Assembly: GCA_017499595.2 (NCBI GenBank)
Contig: CM038999.1
Coordinates: 2,356,001 to 2,420,000, forward strand
DNA length: 64,000 nt
Direction of reading: 5' to 3'
Origin: Psilocybe cubensis
Taxonomy: Eukaryota
The first letter of the stretch is position 1. Each line of letters begins with the position of its first letter. Under the pieces are notes generated by a model, which worked only from the letters and a program-made list of their open reading frames with translations, searched no databases and was not told the origin of the DNA. Shown here piece by piece: positions 62,701-64,000 of this stretch. The position numbers were made by a program, and so were the translations under genes.

Positions 62701-62992
62701 TGTAGAGAGGAGGATGAGGGCGGACCGAGTCAAGGCGCTTGACAAACGCGTTGAAGATGAACAGGGGCGCGTTGGTATTGTGTGACTGACGCGTTATCGA
62801 CTTGTCACATCATAGTCAAATTGCGTCAGCAATCTCAGTCAGTGTGCCAAGTTTGCAATCCTTGACCGTTTCAAGCCTGCCCAAACATCATCTTTACTGC
62901 TCATTCCCCATCACATTCAACCATCGCCCACGATCTTCTTCTTTTAGGTGTATACCATATACTCTCTATTTCCTCAGGCTTAGCCTAGGAAA

Positions 62993-64000
62993 ATGAAGAT
63001 CCTTCCTAAATCTAAGAAGGCGATACCTCCAGTTCGTTCATCCTTTCTCTGTGAATCGCGCGTTTCTTGTGCTTACTTGAATCGATCCAGCCGCCTCAAG
63101 TGACTGAACTTATCTCCAATCTTCTTAACGCTTCCAATGAACAATTAGTACAAATTTTGAAAGATGTGGATGCCTGGAAATGGCCCCGTTCTGATCTCAA
63201 TGCCTGGGTGAAAGTACTTAACAAGTTCGACGACCTCATGGACCAAGTTATTCGCGAGTACAATGTGGACAAGCTACAGCTAGATCCATTCTCTCCGGAA
63301 AAGAGGGATCTTCTCGCTGAAATTCTTCGCTTCGAGAGACTCCTTCTGGAGAACTCCACGAATAGAAAGACGTTCAACTCCTACGACGTAAGTCTTCCTT
63401 GTCCTTTGTTAATGTTGCATGCCCTAACGCCGTCCACTTCATAATAGAGATTGAACAGTCTATTATCTACCTCGGATCTTGACATCCTCATTTTGGCGTT
63501 GAACCTTTTGCTTCGACCTTCACAACAGTATTCCGCACAGCCTGCTGTTTCGCACGCGCTTAGCATTTCCACTAATAGGCTTCAATCTTTGGCAAAGCGA
63601 TGGCCGCATCTACGCGAACACGGAATTGGACTCGTTGAATTGGCAGGAGACAAACCTGGCGAGGAATTGGAAGGTGTCCCACCGGAGGCCCGCGAAGTCA
63701 GTTTCAATTTTTACAGGACAGACTCCTCAGATGGAGCAGAAATTGAGAAGCCCGTTGAAGAAGTTTTGGAGACTCCAGCCACTCCACGTAAACCAACAGC
63801 ACCTTCAGGACCGAGCCCTCCTTCCAGTGCCATCAATATTCGCCTGGACGAGTCAACCATTGCTGCACAGCCAATTATGAACGTCCTCGCGAGTGCCATT
63901 CAAGCGCACTCAATACCAGATAGCGAAATATTCGAATTGCTTTGCAGAATCCGAACGGCTTCTTCCTTGTCCCCGGGCAGGAAAAAGGAACGTGAAAAGT
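62993..64000 (+). CDS. TOM1: Tom1/HUWE1-like HECT E3 ligase, N-terminal (DUF908) region, truncated by window end
   Basis: 'WKWPRSDLNAWVKVLNKFDD...ILRFERLLLENSTNRKTFNSYDRL.SLL.TSDLD'; the HECT domain is not in the window. Confidence 0.82.

Noticed and set aside
1-64000. Secondary-metabolite cluster, mating-type locus or CRISPR array
   Set aside because: No PKS/NRPS/terpene synthase, homeodomain or pheromone-receptor genes, and no repeat-spacer arrays seen.

Overview
Gene-dense, intron-rich fungal nuclear DNA. The short ~50-70 nt introns, CTRAY branch points, micro-exons and gene content point to a basidiomycete, most likely an Agaricomycete mushroom. About 27 protein-coding genes can be reconstructed by joining ORF fragments across introns. 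In order: FUSC/ArAE-type membrane protein (5'-truncated), DOMON + cytochrome b561 protein, secreted Cys-repeat/PriA-Cpl1-like protein, Chk2/Cds1 kinase, Zn2Cys6 factor, glycerol-3-phosphate acyltransferase, Sec7-PH Arf-GEF, AreA-like GATA factor, signal peptide peptidase (SPP), gamma-glutamyltranspeptidase, an orphan, UPF0643 protein, complex I 21.3-kDa subunit, Cus2/Tat-SF1, type II PI4-kinase, TDT/SLAC1 transporter, Duo1, RNase H1-N/Cauli_VI-domain protein, Atg27, alpha/beta hydrolase, ataxin-3, TM-RING-H2 ligase, TBC Rab-GAP, Yippee, allantoinase, ABC1/ADCK kinase, PC4/Sub1 and the 5' end of Tom1/HUWE1. No tRNA, rRNA or recognisable transposon was seen. Two things stand out. (1) A ~2.5 kb non-coding gap (25.7-28.2 kb) packed with nested, G-U-containing stems on the + strand and flanked by intron-like signals: a candidate large structured ncRNA, with telomerase-RNA-like features but no TTAGGG template found. 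(2) A run of five tightly packed head-to-tail minus-strand genes in a GC-rich segment, where SPP stops ~93 nt before the areA-like ATG and a putative ~65-nt intron could fuse the two ORFs in frame. All annotations were made by eye; exon boundaries and several start codons are approximate.
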